Assembly (NCBI GenBank): GCA_017552535.1
Contig: JAFZPV010000059.1
Span: forward strand, 4,629 to 68,628
Source of the DNA: Clostridia bacterium
Lineage (GTDB): Bacteria > Bacillota > Clostridia > Christensenellales > Aristaeellaceae
Direction: 5' to 3'
DNA: 64,000 nt
Below are positions 8,349 to 18,285 of this stretch, piece after piece. A program made the position numbers and the translations under genes. Position 1 is the first letter of the stretch. Every line of letters starts with the position of its first letter. Under the pieces are notes generated by a model. That model made no database searches, was not told where the DNA came from, and saw only the letters and a program-made list of their open reading frames with translations.

Positions 8349-9106
8349 AGTAGCTTCACCCCCATCACCGCGGCGATTACCATACAGAGCTCCAGCATCT
8401 GGGAGTACCAGCCGGCCAGATCCCCCGTCACACCGCCGAACTGTTTTTCGGACATGCGCCTATAGTATAAGGTCACCAGTGCCGCCGCCCCGGCGCAGAT
8501 GAGCGCCAGCCAGACTTCCCACAGGCACCATATCACGATGCAGACGACCGCATATATGAGCCCGCTCAGGCTCACCATGCGCCGTTTTGAGGCGGTAGCG
8601 AATTTGTCCAGCATACCGTCCGGCCGGGCAGATCTGAAAAAAGTGACCGCCCACGCGCTCAGCGCCCTGGACAGTACGAAGCATACACCTACCTGAGCGC
8701 CGGCTTTCGGCTTTGCCATGGATAAAAACGCCGTCAAAAGCAGCATGTACGCCGCGCAGCCCATCACCGCGAAGGCGCCGGTATGGCTGTCTTTGAGTAT
8801 TTCCAGCTTCTTTTCCCTGGGCTGCCAGGAGGCAAGCGCGTCCGTAGTGTCCATAAACCCGTCCATATGGATGCCGCCGGTCACGAGAAGCGGGATCACC
8901 GCCCCCACCGCACCTTTCACCAGCGCGTTTAGCTCCAGCCAGCCGCACGCGCACAGCCACAGCCAGATCAGGCCGCCTATGACCATCCCCACCAGAGGGA
9001 AAAAGCACATGGCGTACCTGCGGTTTTCTTCAGACCACTCCACTTGCGGCATGGGCAGGCGCGAATACGTGGAAAACGCGATCACAGCCGATCGTATCAT
9101 TCGCAT
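8345..9106 (-). CDS. cobS: adenosylcobinamide-GDP ribazoletransferase (cobalamin synthase)
   Basis: A polytopic membrane protein with FSTYSRLPMP and GGIHMDGFMDTTDA motifs. Confidence 0.9.
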   Translation of the reverse strand: MRMIRSAVIAFSTYSRLPMPQVEWSEENRRYAMCFFPLVGMVIGGLIWLWLCACGWLELNALVKGAVGAVIPLLVTGGIHMDGFMDTTDALASWQPREKKLEILKDSHTGAFAVMGCAAYMLLLTAFLSMAKPKAGAQVGVCFVLSRALSAWAVTFFRSARPDGMLDKFATASKRRMVSLSGLIYAVVCIVIWCLWEVWLALICAGAAALVTLYYRRMSEKQFGGVTGDLAGWYSQMLELCMVIAAVMGVKLL

Positions 9107-9612
9107 GGCGCATTTCCTTTCAGCGTAACAGGTATTGAATATACTACCTCCGCCGCATAATCGGCGAGGCCGGCGATCCTGCGATTCAGTTCAGCTAATT
9201 TTTCAATGTAGGTCTGCGTGGATTCGGGATAGATCACGCCGTCGCAGAACACGTCGTTGGTAACGATAATAAGATGAGCACACTTTTTTGTCAAGTCACA
9301 TATCGCCGGGAGTATCCTTTCCGGGCTGCCGCCGTCGAACATCTCGTTGGCCAGCAGATTGGGAATATCTTCCAGAAGCACCGTGCTGCCCGGCTCGATC
9401 TGGGTGCTTGAAAGATCCATGGGGCATTCCAGAGTCACAAAGCCTTTGTCCGCCCGCTGCGCCCGATGGCGCGCCACGCGCCTGACCGATTCCTCATCGT
9501 ACACCCGCATGGTAGCGATATACACGCGCTTTTCCTGCGGCAAACGCGTAACGAGTTTTTCGGCGTAGGTGGATTTTCCGCAGCCGCTGCCGCCGGTGAT
9601 CAGCGCCGTCAT
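9097..9612 (-). CDS. cobU: adenosylcobinamide kinase / adenosylcobinamide-phosphate guanylyltransferase
   Basis: The P-loop ITGGSGCGKST and the RHRAQR histidine region are present. It overlaps both neighbouring genes. Confidence 0.85.
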   Translation of the reverse strand: MTALITGGSGCGKSTYAEKLVTRLPQEKRVYIATMRVYDEESVRRVARHRAQRADKGFVTLECPMDLSSTQIEPGSTVLLEDIPNLLANEMFDGGSPERILPAICDLTKKCAHLIIVTNDVFCDGVIYPESTQTYIEKLAELNRRIAGLADYAAEVVYSIPVTLKGNAPCE

Positions 9613-10664
9613 ACCGCGCCGCCTTTCTCCCTGTATGCGGTCATGCCCAGTCCGTCAAACGTGTGCACGCCCGCGTACACCTTCTGCGCCATATCGAATA
9701 AGGGCAGCACCGCCACCGCGCCCGTGCCCTCTCCCAGTGCCAGCTCGGCACAGATCAGGGGCTTCATGTCCAGTTCTTCCAGTATCAGCGCCGCGGGCAG
9801 CTCTTTGCCGATGTGGGAAGCAAACATGTATTCGCGGCATGCGGGACACAGCCTGTACGCCGCCAGCGCCGCCGCCTCCGCGATCACGCCGTCTATGATG
9901 ATCGGTACGGAGCAGCTCATGCCGCCCAGGCACGCCCCCGCCATGGCACATATCTCCAGCCCGCCCACTTTGCTTAACACGTCTGTCGGGTCATTCGCGT
10001 CTGGTCTGTTGACGTTCAAAGCGCTTTGTACCGCCCGGCGTTTTCTGACCAGTCCTTCGTCGCTCAGCCCGGCACCCCGGTCAACGGCGTCAGATACGCT
10101 CATGCCTAAGAGCGCGCAGCTTATTGCGGCCGTGGCGCTGGTGTTGCCTATGCCCATCTCACCTATAGCGATAAGCTTTATCCCTTTTTCGCTCATCTCG
10201 CACACCGTGTCGATGCCCGCTTGTATCGCAAAGATCGCGTCATCTCGCGTCATGGCAGGCCCTGTGGACATGTCATGCGTGCCGTACAGCGTCTTTTTGC
10301 GGATCAGCCCGGGCTCGTCCACGTCCGTGACCATGCCCACGTCCACCGCGTACACGGGCGTGTCCGACACGGCGGCCATGATATTCACGTTGGACGTGCC
10401 TTCGGCTATGGCGCGGGCCACCAGCGCGGTAACGCTTTGGTCAGTTTGGGACACTCCCTGCTTCACTATGCCGTGGTCGGCGCAGAAAACGAGGCCGCAG
10501 CGCGGCTTAAGCTGCACGTCCGGCGTGCCCTGAATACCGGCTGTACGGATGATGACATCCTCAAGAAGCCCCAGCGAATCAAGCGGCTTGGCTACCGCGT
10601 CCCAGCGGGCCTTCGCCGCTTTCATGGCAGCAGTATCGGGACGGTTTATAGTGTATGAAAGCAT
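9609..10664 (-). CDS. cobT: nicotinate-nucleotide--dimethylbenzimidazole phosphoribosyltransferase
   Basis: GEMGIGNTSATAA and GGLEICAMAGA motifs, at full length (351 aa). Confidence 0.9.
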   Translation of the reverse strand: MLSYTINRPDTAAMKAAKARWDAVAKPLDSLGLLEDVIIRTAGIQGTPDVQLKPRCGLVFCADHGIVKQGVSQTDQSVTALVARAIAEGTSNVNIMAAVSDTPVYAVDVGMVTDVDEPGLIRKKTLYGTHDMSTGPAMTRDDAIFAIQAGIDTVCEMSEKGIKLIAIGEMGIGNTSATAAISCALLGMSVSDAVDRGAGLSDEGLVRKRRAVQSALNVNRPDANDPTDVLSKVGGLEICAMAGACLGGMSCSVPIIIDGVIAEAAALAAYRLCPACREYMFASHIGKELPAALILEELDMKPLICAELALGEGTGAVAVLPLFDMAQKVYAGVHTFDGLGMTAYREKGGAV

Positions 10665-10668
10665 ATTG

Positions 10669-11613
10669 TCACCCTGCGATCATGCCGATGGCCGCAATAA
10701 CGCATACCGCCAGCAGACTTGTTATATATAAGAGTCGGTTTGCTTTGGTTATGTCTTCCGGAACGGCAGGTCTGTCCGCGTCTCCTATGGTGGGCTTAAC
10801 CACCGTTTTGCCGAAATAGGTATGCGTGCCGCCCAGCCGGATATGCATTGCGCCTGCCGCCGCGGCTTCGCTCCAGGCGCAGTTGGGACTTAAGTGGTTG
10901 GCGTGATCGCGCCTGACGATGCGCAGCGCGTTTTTTGAGTCCAGGCCTGAAACAAACGCGACCGCGCACATCAAAAGCGCTGTGATCCGGGCGGGTACAT
11001 AATTCAGCACGTCGTCAAGCCTCGCGCTCGACCAGCCGATATCCCGGTATTTTTCGTCCATATAGCCCACCATGGAATCCAGCGTGCTGGCAGCCTTGAA
11101 CGCCCACAGCAGTATCGGTCCGCCCAGCGCGGCGTAGATAAGGGGCGAGATCACTCCGTCCGTAGTGTTTTCCGATACGGTCTCCACCGTGGCTTTTACG
11201 ATCTCTTCTGCGCTCAGGTCCTGCGTATCCCGGCCAACGATGCGGCTGACCTGCTTTCTTCCAGCCTCCACGCTTTCGGTAAGCGCACGCTTTACGCCCC
11301 GCGCTTCCCTGGCCATGGAAGTCACGGCGATGCCCATCCAGTCCATAAGCGCCATGCAGATGAGCCGCGGCCAGCGGCCGAAAAGGCCGGCGGCAAGGAT
11401 GATCAGCGCAGCCGCAGCTGCCGACACCAGCACCGTCGAGGCCGTGAGCAGCACGGCGCTTTTCCTGAAGTTGCCGCCCCTGGAGCGCAGTTTTTGCTCC
11501 ATAAAGGAGATGAACCTGCCTATCAGACGCACGGGATGGTACAGCCATTCCGGGTCGCCCAGGATCAGGTCGAGCCCGTAACCCAGTATAAGCGCGAAAA
11601 TGATGTCAGGCAT
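10669..11613 (-). CDS. cbiB: adenosylcobinamide-phosphate synthase
   Basis: CobD/CbiB membrane-protein pattern (LILGDPEWLYHPVRLIGR, HLSPNCAWSEAAAAGA). Confidence 0.9.
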   Translation of the reverse strand: MPDIIFALILGYGLDLILGDPEWLYHPVRLIGRFISFMEQKLRSRGGNFRKSAVLLTASTVLVSAAAAALIILAAGLFGRWPRLICMALMDWMGIAVTSMAREARGVKRALTESVEAGRKQVSRIVGRDTQDLSAEEIVKATVETVSENTTDGVISPLIYAALGGPILLWAFKAASTLDSMVGYMDEKYRDIGWSSARLDDVLNYVPARITALLMCAVAFVSGLDSKNALRIVRRDHANHLSPNCAWSEAAAAGAMHIRLGGTHTYFGKTVVKPTIGDADRPAVPEDITKANRLLYITSLLAVCVIAAIGMIAG

Positions 11614-11614
11614 G

Positions 11615-13117
11615 TCACACTTCCCCGCGTATGATTTTATAGATCGTATCCATATCCACGCTGGCGCGCACGATGTCCGCGATGCGGTCGAATTCCTTTT
11701 CCCTGAACTCGTCCATGGTGAGCGTTTCGGCTTCTTTTTCGTTTATGCCCTTGCTTTTGCGCACGTGCCCGGCCAGCGCAGTGAAGAACTGGCCGTCGTC
11801 GAACAGCCCGTGCAGGTAGCTGCCGATCACGTTGCCTGCCCGGTTGGCGACACCGTCCGTCTCTCCCCGTATGGTGAGCCAGGGAACGCACTCGCTGCCG
11901 AAAGCATTGCGTCCCGCGTGGATCTCGTAGCCGTCCAGCAGCATGCCGTCAAGTTCCTTCAGCCAGCCGCTTTGGGCAGTGACCGTGCCTGTTGACTGCC
12001 GCGTCTGCTTTTCAGCCTCGAAGGTCACTTCCATGTCCAGCAGGTCCATGCCTGGTATCTCCGGAATGCGGGATTCCACGTGCAGGGGGTCTTTCAGTTT
12101 ATGTCCAAGCATCTGATATCCGCCGCAGATGCCGACGAGCATCCCGCCCTTGCGCGCGTGGCGGATGATGGGGGCTTCCATACCCCTGTTCCTCAGATCC
12201 ATCAGGTCTTCTATGGTATTCTTGGTGCCCGGCAGCACGATGATGTCCGCTTTTTCCAGATCGGACGCCTTTTCGGCGTAGCGAACCCTGACACCCTTTT
12301 GCAGGGTGAGCGCCTGAAAATCCGTGAAATTGGAGATGTGCTTGAGCCGCACCACCGCCACGTCCAGGTCGCCCTGTCCCGTCACGCGGCTGAAGCGTTC
12401 AGTCACGCTGTCTTCGTCTTCCAGTTCCACGTCCATCCAGGGCACCACACCCAGTACGGGTATGCGGATGCGTTCTTCCAGCATCCTGAGCCCCGGCTCC
12501 AGTATCTTTACGTCGCCCCGGAACTTATTGATGATCACGCCCTTTACCCGGGCGCGCTCCTCGTCTGTAAGCAGCATCACCGTGCCCAGAAGCGACGCGA
12601 ACACTCCGCCCAGGTTTATGTCACCCACCAGCAGCACGGGGGCATCCGCGGCTTCGGCCATGGACATATTGACGATGTCGCCTTCCCGCAGGTTTATTTC
12701 CGCGGGGCTGCCCGCGCCTTCGATTACCACGCAGTCCACTTCGCTTTCCAGCGCGTCGTACGTGGCTTTTATCCTCTGGCGCAGCTCGGGTTTATACCTG
12801 TGGTATTCCATGGCAGTCATGCTGCCTATGGCTTTGCCGTCCACGATCACCTGGCTGCGCCGGTCTCCCGTGGGCTTGAGCAGCACCGGGTTCATGCGTA
12901 CATCCGGCTCCATGCCCGCCGCCTGTGCCTGGGTCACCTGGGCGCGCCCCATCTCACGGCCGTCTTTCGTCACGAAAGAATTGAGCGCCATGTTCTGCGC
13001 CTTGAACGGGGCGACCTTCAGCCCGTCCTGTTTGAGTATCCTCAGAAATGCCGCGCACAGCACGCTTTTGCCTACAGAAGACGCCGTGCCCTGGATCATG
13101 AGTGATTTGCCGCGCAT
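11615..13117 (-). CDS. cobQ: cobyric acid synthase
   Basis: GTASSVGKS at the N-terminus and the GATase motif GICGGYQMLG in the C-terminal half. Confidence 0.9.
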   Translation of the reverse strand: MRGKSLMIQGTASSVGKSVLCAAFLRILKQDGLKVAPFKAQNMALNSFVTKDGREMGRAQVTQAQAAGMEPDVRMNPVLLKPTGDRRSQVIVDGKAIGSMTAMEYHRYKPELRQRIKATYDALESEVDCVVIEGAGSPAEINLREGDIVNMSMAEAADAPVLLVGDINLGGVFASLLGTVMLLTDEERARVKGVIINKFRGDVKILEPGLRMLEERIRIPVLGVVPWMDVELEDEDSVTERFSRVTGQGDLDVAVVRLKHISNFTDFQALTLQKGVRVRYAEKASDLEKADIIVLPGTKNTIEDLMDLRNRGMEAPIIRHARKGGMLVGICGGYQMLGHKLKDPLHVESRIPEIPGMDLLDMEVTFEAEKQTRQSTGTVTAQSGWLKELDGMLLDGYEIHAGRNAFGSECVPWLTIRGETDGVANRAGNVIGSYLHGLFDDGQFFTALAGHVRKSKGINEKEAETLTMDEFREKEFDRIADIVRASVDMDTIYKIIRGEV

Positions 13118-13127
13118 ATGTTACTCC

Positions 13128-13823
13128 TTACTTAGGCTTGTCTATCAGTATTACGTGAATGTCCCTCGCCAGCGCGGGAATGACTTTTTCCGCCACACCG
13201 CCCTGCGCTCCGGAATCCTTGGTGACCATCACGCGGATATCCAGCTGGTCGTACAGCGCTGCGTTGAGCGCCTGGGAAAACGGTCCCTGCATGGCAATGA
13301 TATGGGAGGGCGGTATGTTTGCCTCGCCACAGAGCCTCAGCGCCTCCGCGTTCGGAAGCACGCGTGCCCAGATGCGGGAGGTATCTGCCTTTTCGGCGTA
13401 CGCTTTCAGCGTATGGCTGCCCGTGGTCAGGAGAATGTTCCCGCTCGTCCTGACAAGCGCCCCGGCAGCCTGTTCTGTGGTTGCCGTGTGCTCTACGTAG
13501 TTTACCCAGTCGCCCTCGCTGGGGGCACGTTCTACCCGCTCGTATGGAACGTTTTGTTCTATACAGCACGCTTTTATGTTTTCGGTGGCGCGCACCGCGT
13601 AAGGATGGGTGCAGTCGATGACCTTGTCCGGCCTGATATCTGCAAGAAACGCCGCCATGCCGTTTTTGTCCAGCACGCCCGCATGGCAGTTCATATCCCC
13701 CGGCAGAAGCGCGCGGGCATACTCGCTGGTCACGCTCACCGTGACGTTCTCGCCGCTGTTTTTCAGCTTTACCGCTATTTCGCGGCCTTCCACCGTGCCG
13801 CCGAAAACTACGATGCCAGCCAT
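13128..13823 (-). CDS. cbiJ: cobalt-precorrin-6A reductase
   Basis: The start was moved to MAGIVVFGGT. CTHPYA and MVTKDSG motifs match the CobK/CbiJ family. Confidence 0.85.
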   Translation of the reverse strand: MAGIVVFGGTVEGREIAVKLKNSGENVTVSVTSEYARALLPGDMNCHAGVLDKNGMAAFLADIRPDKVIDCTHPYAVRATENIKACCIEQNVPYERVERAPSEGDWVNYVEHTATTEQAAGALVRTSGNILLTTGSHTLKAYAEKADTSRIWARVLPNAEALRLCGEANIPPSHIIAMQGPFSQALNAALYDQLDIRVMVTKDSGAQGGVAEKVIPALARDIHVILIDKPK

Positions 13824-14794
13824 TTTTTCAATTCCTCTGTCAGCAATCTGTTTTCTTCTTCGGTGCGTACGGCCAGACGCAGATAATTTGCTCCCAGCCC
13901 AAACGAGGCGCACTCCCTCACGAGTATGTTTCGGGTCTTCAGGTACCAGACCGCATCGCTCATGTCCCGTCCGAAGTCGCACAAAAGGAAATTTGCGTTC
14001 GACGGCTGCACCTGCGCGCCCATATCCTCCAGAAGTGAGCAGAACAGATCCCGCCTGTATTCGTTGAGAGAAGCGTCCCGCCGTATCTCCTCCAGATGCT
14101 CCGGCAGTTCCGCGGCGATCCGCGCCGCGAAAGCGTTAAGCGCCCACGGCATGGCTTTCCGCTTGAGGCACGATATGGCCTCTTTTCCGGCGCACACATA
14201 ACCCAGCCTTACGCCCGGAATGCACAGTATTTTTGTAAGAGAGCCCACTATCGAAAGGCCCTCCTGTGCATCGCGGCGCACGCTGACATCCGGGCAATAG
14301 TCTATGAACGCCTCGTCTGCGATCAGGTCGCACCCGCTGTTTTTCAGGCTCTTATATGTATTCAGTATTTCTTCCCGGCTCATCGCGGTCCCGGTGGGGT
14401 TGTTCGGATTGCAGATCACGCGGGTGTCGCCTTCCCGGAGCTGTGAGCCATCCCAGGTGACACATTCCCGTCCCTGCACGGATGCGCGGAGCGCGTATTC
14501 ACCAAACGTGTGCCTGTCCGTGATCACTCTGCCTGGATTTTGCGAAAGCGCCAGGTCTATTGCCGCTATGCCGCCCGCGGCGGGAAGTATCATATCATCG
14601 CTCACGCCCGCGTACGCGGCAAGGCCGCTCGCGGCTAAACCCATGTCCGGGTCCGGGTAATACCGCACGTTTTCCGACGCGCGACTGATGGCCGATTTTA
14701 CCCACTCCGGCATGCCTTCCGGCCGAAGGTTCGCGGAAAAATCCAGCCAGTGGGACGGATGGCCGCCCTGCCACACGTTGCCGCCGTGCTTCAT
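13808..14794 (-). CDS. cobD: threonine-phosphate decarboxylase (class I/II aminotransferase fold)
   Basis: The start was moved to MKHGGNVW. The PLP lysine context SLTKILCIPGVRLGY is present. There is a 4-bp overlap with cbiA. Confidence 0.85.
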   Translation of the reverse strand: MKHGGNVWQGGHPSHWLDFSANLRPEGMPEWVKSAISRASENVRYYPDPDMGLAASGLAAYAGVSDDMILPAAGGIAAIDLALSQNPGRVITDRHTFGEYALRASVQGRECVTWDGSQLREGDTRVICNPNNPTGTAMSREEILNTYKSLKNSGCDLIADEAFIDYCPDVSVRRDAQEGLSIVGSLTKILCIPGVRLGYVCAGKEAISCLKRKAMPWALNAFAARIAAELPEHLEEIRRDASLNEYRRDLFCSLLEDMGAQVQPSNANFLLCDFGRDMSDAVWYLKTRNILVRECASFGLGANYLRLAVRTEEENRLLTEELKKWLAS

Positions 14795-16092
14795 GGCCAG
14801 AACCTCTCGATGATATCGGGCCTGTGGGCAAAGTAAACGTGGGCGAATGCCGCCAGGCAGTTGTCCTTTTCGTATCCGCATGCCCAGTTCTTTTCCGGCG
14901 CGGAGGCTTTTATCACAGTGTAAGCACGATTGACATCACCTGTCGGCTCCGCCGCGGCATGATGGAACTCATGGGCCGGGAATGTGAGTCCCGTCCTGTC
15001 TTCCACGGTCACATAGCCGAAACGCTGCAGGCGGTCCGTCATCCGGCAGGTTATGGGCAACACGCCGCACATCTCCCTGCCGTCTATGCTTTGACCCAAA
15101 TACATCAGCCCGCCGCACTCCCCATAGCAGCGCGTGCCGTTTTCCAGCGCCGTCTTTATGCTTTTGCGCATGCTCGTATTGGCTTCCAGCGCTTCGGCGT
15201 AAACTTCGGGATAGCCGCCTCCTATATACAGTCCGTCCAGGTTTTCCGGCAGGCAGGCATCCCGGAGCGGTGAAAAATACACAAGCTCCATGCCCAGATC
15301 TTTCAGCGCTTCCAGATTGGCATCGTAGTAGAAATGGAACGCCTCGTCCATGGCTACGCCCAGGCGGTAACCTGCGCGCCTGAAACTGTGTTCGATTGGT
15401 TCTGAAGGCCCGATCGCGGGCGCTCCAGAGGCGATGGAAAGCACCTTGTCCAGATCGAGGGTCTGCTCCGCCAATGCGGCAGTCTCATTGATTCTGTTCA
15501 TCAGGTCCGGTGTCTCGCGGGCAGTCACGAGCCCCAGATGCCGGGACGGAAGCTCGATGACAGCCTGTTTGGTCAAGTAACCTGCGCAGTCCAGACCGGT
15601 ATACTCCTTTACCGCCTGCCTGATCAGCTCATAGTGCCTTTTCCCGGAAACCCGGTTGACCAGTACGCCGCTTATGCGGCTGTCCTCTTTCAGCGTCTGA
15701 AATCCCTTAACTGTCGCCGCCACGCTGGCCGCGCCTCCGGACGCGTCTGCTACAAGCAGTACGGGCGTTTGGGTCAGGCGGGCAAGCTCCCATGTGGAAC
15801 AGCGCATGGACCTGGCATCCAGCCCGTCATAATAGCCCATCACGCCCTCGATCACGGAGATGTCTGCATCGTTTGCCAGCAGGCGCCTTATCTCATTTTC
15901 GTCCATCAGCCAGGTGTCCAGGTTGCAGGACGCCCGCCCGCACACCCTGCGGTGGAACCCGGGGTCGATATAATCCGGCCCGGCCTTGTAAGGCGCAACG
16001 TTCAGACCCCGCCTTTTCAGGCAGGCCATCAGCAGTATGGAAACCGTGGTCTTGCCGCAGCCGCTTCCGGTGCCCGCTACGAGCAGCCTCAA
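14791..16092 (-). CDS. cbiA: cobyrinate a,c-diamide synthase
   Basis: GTGSGCGKTT and GECGGLMYLG motifs. Confidence 0.9.
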   Translation of the reverse strand: MRLLVAGTGSGCGKTTVSILLMACLKRRGLNVAPYKAGPDYIDPGFHRRVCGRASCNLDTWLMDENEIRRLLANDADISVIEGVMGYYDGLDARSMRCSTWELARLTQTPVLLVADASGGAASVAATVKGFQTLKEDSRISGVLVNRVSGKRHYELIRQAVKEYTGLDCAGYLTKQAVIELPSRHLGLVTARETPDLMNRINETAALAEQTLDLDKVLSIASGAPAIGPSEPIEHSFRRAGYRLGVAMDEAFHFYYDANLEALKDLGMELVYFSPLRDACLPENLDGLYIGGGYPEVYAEALEANTSMRKSIKTALENGTRCYGECGGLMYLGQSIDGREMCGVLPITCRMTDRLQRFGYVTVEDRTGLTFPAHEFHHAAAEPTGDVNRAYTVIKASAPEKNWACGYEKDNCLAAFAHVYFAHRPDIIERFWP

Positions 16093-16709
16093 GAGCGCAC
16101 CCCCTCGATGCCGTACATCAGCGCGTTCACGATCGCTGCCGCCACATTGCTACCTCCCCTGCGGCCCATGGCTACGATGCAGGGGATGCCGCTTGCCCAC
16201 AGCTTTTCTTTCGCTTCCACCACGTTCACGAAGCCCACGGGCACGCCAATCACCGCCGTGTCCGCGGGCATGCCGCTTATCTCCGTTATTTCCAAAAGCG
16301 ACAGCAGGAACGTAGGCGCGTTGCCGCACACCAGCAGCTTCGGCCCTTCTATCTTCAGAGCGCGCTCCAGGCTCACGAAGGAGCGGGTCACCCCGCGCTC
16401 CTTCGCCTCCGCCGCCACATCCGCGTCCGCCACAAAGCACACCGCCTTTGCGCCCAGCCTGCCAAGCGCGCTTTTGTTGATGCCTGCCAAAGCCATATTG
16501 GTATCCGTAACGATGGTCGCGCCGCTTTTGAGCATACGGTGTATGTCATCGACGATCCCGGGTGTAAAACGCATGTTGTCAGCAAACGAAAAATCCGCCG
16601 TGGCGTGGATCACCCGCTTTACGATGGGCTTGATATCCGGCGCAAGAGGCGTTTGGAGTTCGTTCTCAATGATCTCCATGCTCCTGTCTTCTATCTCCAT
16701 AGGCAGCAT
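16089..16709 (-). CDS. cbiC: cobalt-precorrin-8 methylmutase
   Basis: VIHATADFSF and VGNAPTAL-like motifs. At 206 aa the size fits. Confidence 0.9.
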   Translation of the reverse strand: MLPMEIEDRSMEIIENELQTPLAPDIKPIVKRVIHATADFSFADNMRFTPGIVDDIHRMLKSGATIVTDTNMALAGINKSALGRLGAKAVCFVADADVAAEAKERGVTRSFVSLERALKIEGPKLLVCGNAPTFLLSLLEITEISGMPADTAVIGVPVGFVNVVEAKEKLWASGIPCIVAMGRRGGSNVAAAIVNALMYGIEGVRS

Positions 16710-16710
16710 T

Positions 16711-17235
16711 TTACCACTCGACTCCCTTCCTGGCAGGCAGTTTTTCGGTGACGTAAGGATGTTTTTCAGCCGTTATCCGGCTTACATAATCGGCTTTTTC
16801 TTTGAGCCAGTCCGGGACTTCGCGTCCCGTGACCGCGGTCTCTCCGGAGGAAAGCGCGTTTTCTATAAGCTCGCGCGCGCTGTTTTCCTCAACCATATCC
16901 AGCGCCAGGGCGATACCGAGCTCGTCCAGGATAATCGTTTGAGGCCGCCACTGCGCGATCGTCAAAGCGACCTGTTTTGCGAAGGCCGTCTGGTCTGCGC
17001 GGGCAGACTGCTTTTCCTCGTCGGTCAAACGGAAGGTAAAGCCTTTGATGGGGTTTGCGGTCATTACGCGCACGTTATCGAATCTGCCAAATGCCTTAAG
17101 CTCCCCGGAATTTCCTTTTTTCATAAACTGGGCTACCAGTACTTTATTGCCGTGACCGGCAGAGCGCAGCGCGAGGCCCATGGCCGCCGTGGTCTTGCCC
17201 TTGCCGTCTCCTGTGTATACGTGCAGTTTGTTCAT
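16711..17235 (-). CDS. cobO: cob(I)yrinic acid a,c-diamide adenosyltransferase (CobA/BtuR/CobO type)
   Basis: YTGDGKGKTTAAMGLALR and ILDELG motifs. Confidence 0.85.
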   Translation of the reverse strand: MNKLHVYTGDGKGKTTAAMGLALRSAGHGNKVLVAQFMKKGNSGELKAFGRFDNVRVMTANPIKGFTFRLTDEEKQSARADQTAFAKQVALTIAQWRPQTIILDELGIALALDMVEENSARELIENALSSGETAVTGREVPDWLKEKADYVSRITAEKHPYVTEKLPARKGVEW

Positions 17236-17241
17236 GCCAGA

Positions 17242-18285
17242 TCACTCCCCGAAAATACCGATGCTGTTTCCATGTCCGTCCAGCATTACCGTTTTCACCT
17301 GAAGCGCGCCTTTTGTGCGCGCCTCGCAGTACATCGACGCGGCTCCGCATAGCCTCGTCCACACTTCCCCGTACCCCGCTTCCCGGATCAGCGGAATCAC
17401 CCCGTCCAGGGTAACGCTGTTCATTACTGATTCGAGAAGCTTTTTCGGCGCGCCCATGAGCGCCAGGTGCGCCGCCACCGGCTCACGCCGCCCGTCGCCG
17501 TATTTGCTGTGGGTCTGCATCGAGCCTCCCGCCACCTTGGCCAGCTTGCCGGGCTGCCCCGCCAGCACAACGTGATGAAAGCCGAGTTCTGCGGCGGTAT
17601 CCAGGGCGAAGCCGACAAAATTGCTGATCTGCACGCAGCTTAGTTCGGGCATCAGCCTGTTCAGCGCCGTTTCTCCCTGGCTTCCGAACACGAGTCCCAG
17701 CGTTTTGGCGCCGTTTTCCCGGCGCATGCTCATTTCAAGGCGAATGGTGTCGGTGAGCGCTTCCTCGCTCATGGGACGCACGATGCCCGTTGTGCCGAGG
17801 ATAGACAGTCCGCCCTCTATTCCAAGGCGGGGGTTGAACGTTTTTTTCGCGATCTCGCGGCCTCCGGTTATGCCCACAGTGACCGTGGCCGCGTTATGCG
17901 GAAACACGCTCCTGACCGCTTCGGTGATCATCTGCCTGGGCACAGGGTTTATCGCGGCCTCGCCCACGGGCAGCTTTAGCCCCGGGAGCGTGATCGTGCC
18001 CACGCCTTCACCCGCAGCAAAAACGATATCCCCGTGCTCCGGCCTGATCAGTACGTCCGCCCAGACTTCGCTGCCGTTGGTAATGTCCGGGTCGTCGCCC
18101 GAATCCTTGTACACAGCGCAGCTGTACGGTTCCATGGCATGGATCGACGGCGCGTAAACCCGTCCTTCGGGCACGGCGATCTCGACCCTTTCCGGGCATT
18201 CACCGTCCCTTTGCCACAGACAGGACGCCAAAGCGCAGGCTGCCGCGCAGGAGCCAGTGGTAAAGCCTTCCCTGAGCGGCGTCAT
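17242..18285 (-). CDS. cbiD: cobalt-precorrin-5B C1-methyltransferase
   Basis: LREGFTTGSCAAACA at the N-terminus and GTTGIVRPMS. Confidence 0.9.
   Translation of the reverse strand: MTPLREGFTTGSCAAACALASCLWQRDGECPERVEIAVPEGRVYAPSIHAMEPYSCAVYKDSGDDPDITNGSEVWADVLIRPEHGDIVFAAGEGVGTITLPGLKLPVGEAAINPVPRQMITEAVRSVFPHNAATVTVGITGGREIAKKTFNPRLGIEGGLSILGTTGIVRPMSEEALTDTIRLEMSMRRENGAKTLGLVFGSQGETALNRLMPELSCVQISNFVGFALDTAAELGFHHVVLAGQPGKLAKVAGGSMQTHSKYGDGRREPVAAHLALMGAPKKLLESVMNSVTLDGVIPLIREAGYGEVWTRLCGAASMYCEARTKGALQVKTVMLDGHGNSIGIFGE

Noticed and set aside
15538-17352. 604-aa plus-strand ORF, one of the longest in the track.
   Set aside because: It lies antisense to cbiA, cbiC and cobO, which have unmistakable motifs. 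Its translation is Ala/Arg/Pro/Gly-rich low-complexity sequence with no RBS. This is a typical shadow ORF in GC-rich DNA.
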